This document shows positions 32,272-33,182 of a DNA stretch of 33,182 bases, in pieces. Every line of letters starts with the position of its first letter. Position 1 is the first letter of the stretch. The translations under genes were made by a program, and so were the position numbers. Under the pieces are notes generated by a model. That model saw only the letters and a list, made by a program, of their open reading frames with translations. It was not told the DNA's origin and searched no databases. The DNA is from Piptocephalis cylindrospora (Eukaryota): assembly GCA_003614145.1 (NCBI GenBank), contig KZ987742.1, forward strand, positions 1-33,182, read 5' to 3'.

Positions 32272-33154
32272 ATGCTAATCAGCCCCACCCTGGCCCTTAC
32301 CGGATGGTTGTTCCTCTTGGGTCTTCCAGGAGGCTCCGGTACAGGAACTACCCCAGTCCACACGTCTCTTCGGGCCTCCTGGCCCACGCCCGACATTCTC
32401 CTAGAGATTGGGTAAGTTTATATTATGCACAGGTCCTACTCTCATCTGATCTCACCCTCTATCCATCCCCGCCATAATCGTCGCCATTATAGAGAATTTA
32501 TCCATCAAGAGCATGCGCCAAGCTACTACCCTTACCTTTCGGCCATCTCCCCTCACCTTGCCGAGGCCACTACCCAGGAGGAAAGGTATCGCCTGGCCTT
32601 GGACCTCATTCAGTCCAAGCATCTCCTCCCCTCCTTCTCTCCTACCCTTCGCTCTCTTCTCTCCCTCTCCCTTTCATTGCACACAGTGAGCCCTGCTATT
32701 GAAGCCAGACTTCAGCAATACCGTCTCCTCGAGGCCTCTCGTCCTCTCCGCGTCGCTCAGTGCGATTCGTGGGTTGAGTGGTCCGGGGGAGAGGGGAAGG
32801 TGGCCTGCGATCTCGACTCCCTCTCCTCCATCCTGGATAATCTTCCAAGCCACTCTGACTCGTCCTCCCCTATTCTCCTGAGTACGGACCGGGTCTACGT
32901 TGCAACGGGTGCACAGGAGGGGAAGGAAGCCAAGGCTCATCCTCCTCTTTTTATCCTTTATTCCTCCCTCTCCTCTTCTTCTTTCCCCTCCTTTCATGAG
33001 GCCCTGATGAAGATGGCTGATACTGGAGCGATCCGCTATACCCTTCGGTACAAGCCCTCCCTGACCACTTCCCCCTCTCCAAGGATGCCCATGGCGGGCT
33101 ATGGAGTAGAACTTGCTCTGAAGAATCTCGAGTATCTCGTCGTGGATGATCGAG
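32272..33154 (+). CDS. UGGT: UDP-glucose:glycoprotein glucosyltransferase (UGGT), 5' part; exons 32272-32411 and 32493-33154, continues beyond the window
   Basis: Signal-like MLISPTLALTGWLFLLGL, then PVHTSLRASWPTPDILLEI. Intron 32412-32492. Signature YTLRYKP...MAGYGVELALKNLEYLVVDDR. Next donor GTAAGT at 33155. Confidence 0.92.
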
Positions 33155-33182
33155 GTAAGTTCCCCATTTCACTTGTCTAATC

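Overview
Gene-dense eukaryotic (fungal) genomic window with short GT-AG introns; the DASH subunit Dad3, Pet127, a 7TM-RGS protein and compact intergenic spacing point to a fungus, probably an early-diverging lineage such as Zoopagomycota/Mucoromycota (inference, not verified). From ~6.3 kb onward it is mostly housekeeping: SAH1, a 14-exon kinesin-7, GPI16, a RAD51 paralogue, PET127, MAK21/NOC1, RPN1, VMA7, DAD3, an acidic coiled-coil orphan, a 7TM-RGS receptor and the 5' end of UGGT. The first ~5.9 kb looks accessory: a secreted subtilisin and an intronless, unrecognised 3-TM protein sit among three families of short dispersed direct repeats, two minisatellites and a perfect hairpin. The most notable observations are (i) this repeat-bracketed orphan membrane-protein cassette, which shares a 43-bp element with the subtilisin upstream region, (ii) consecutive 6-nt and 4-nt micro-exons needed to rebuild the kinesin P-loop region, and (iii) three GTGCCACAG motifs plus a perfect 20-bp palindrome upstream of SAH1. 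No rRNA, tRNA, CRISPR array or transposase was seen. Exon structures were derived by hand.
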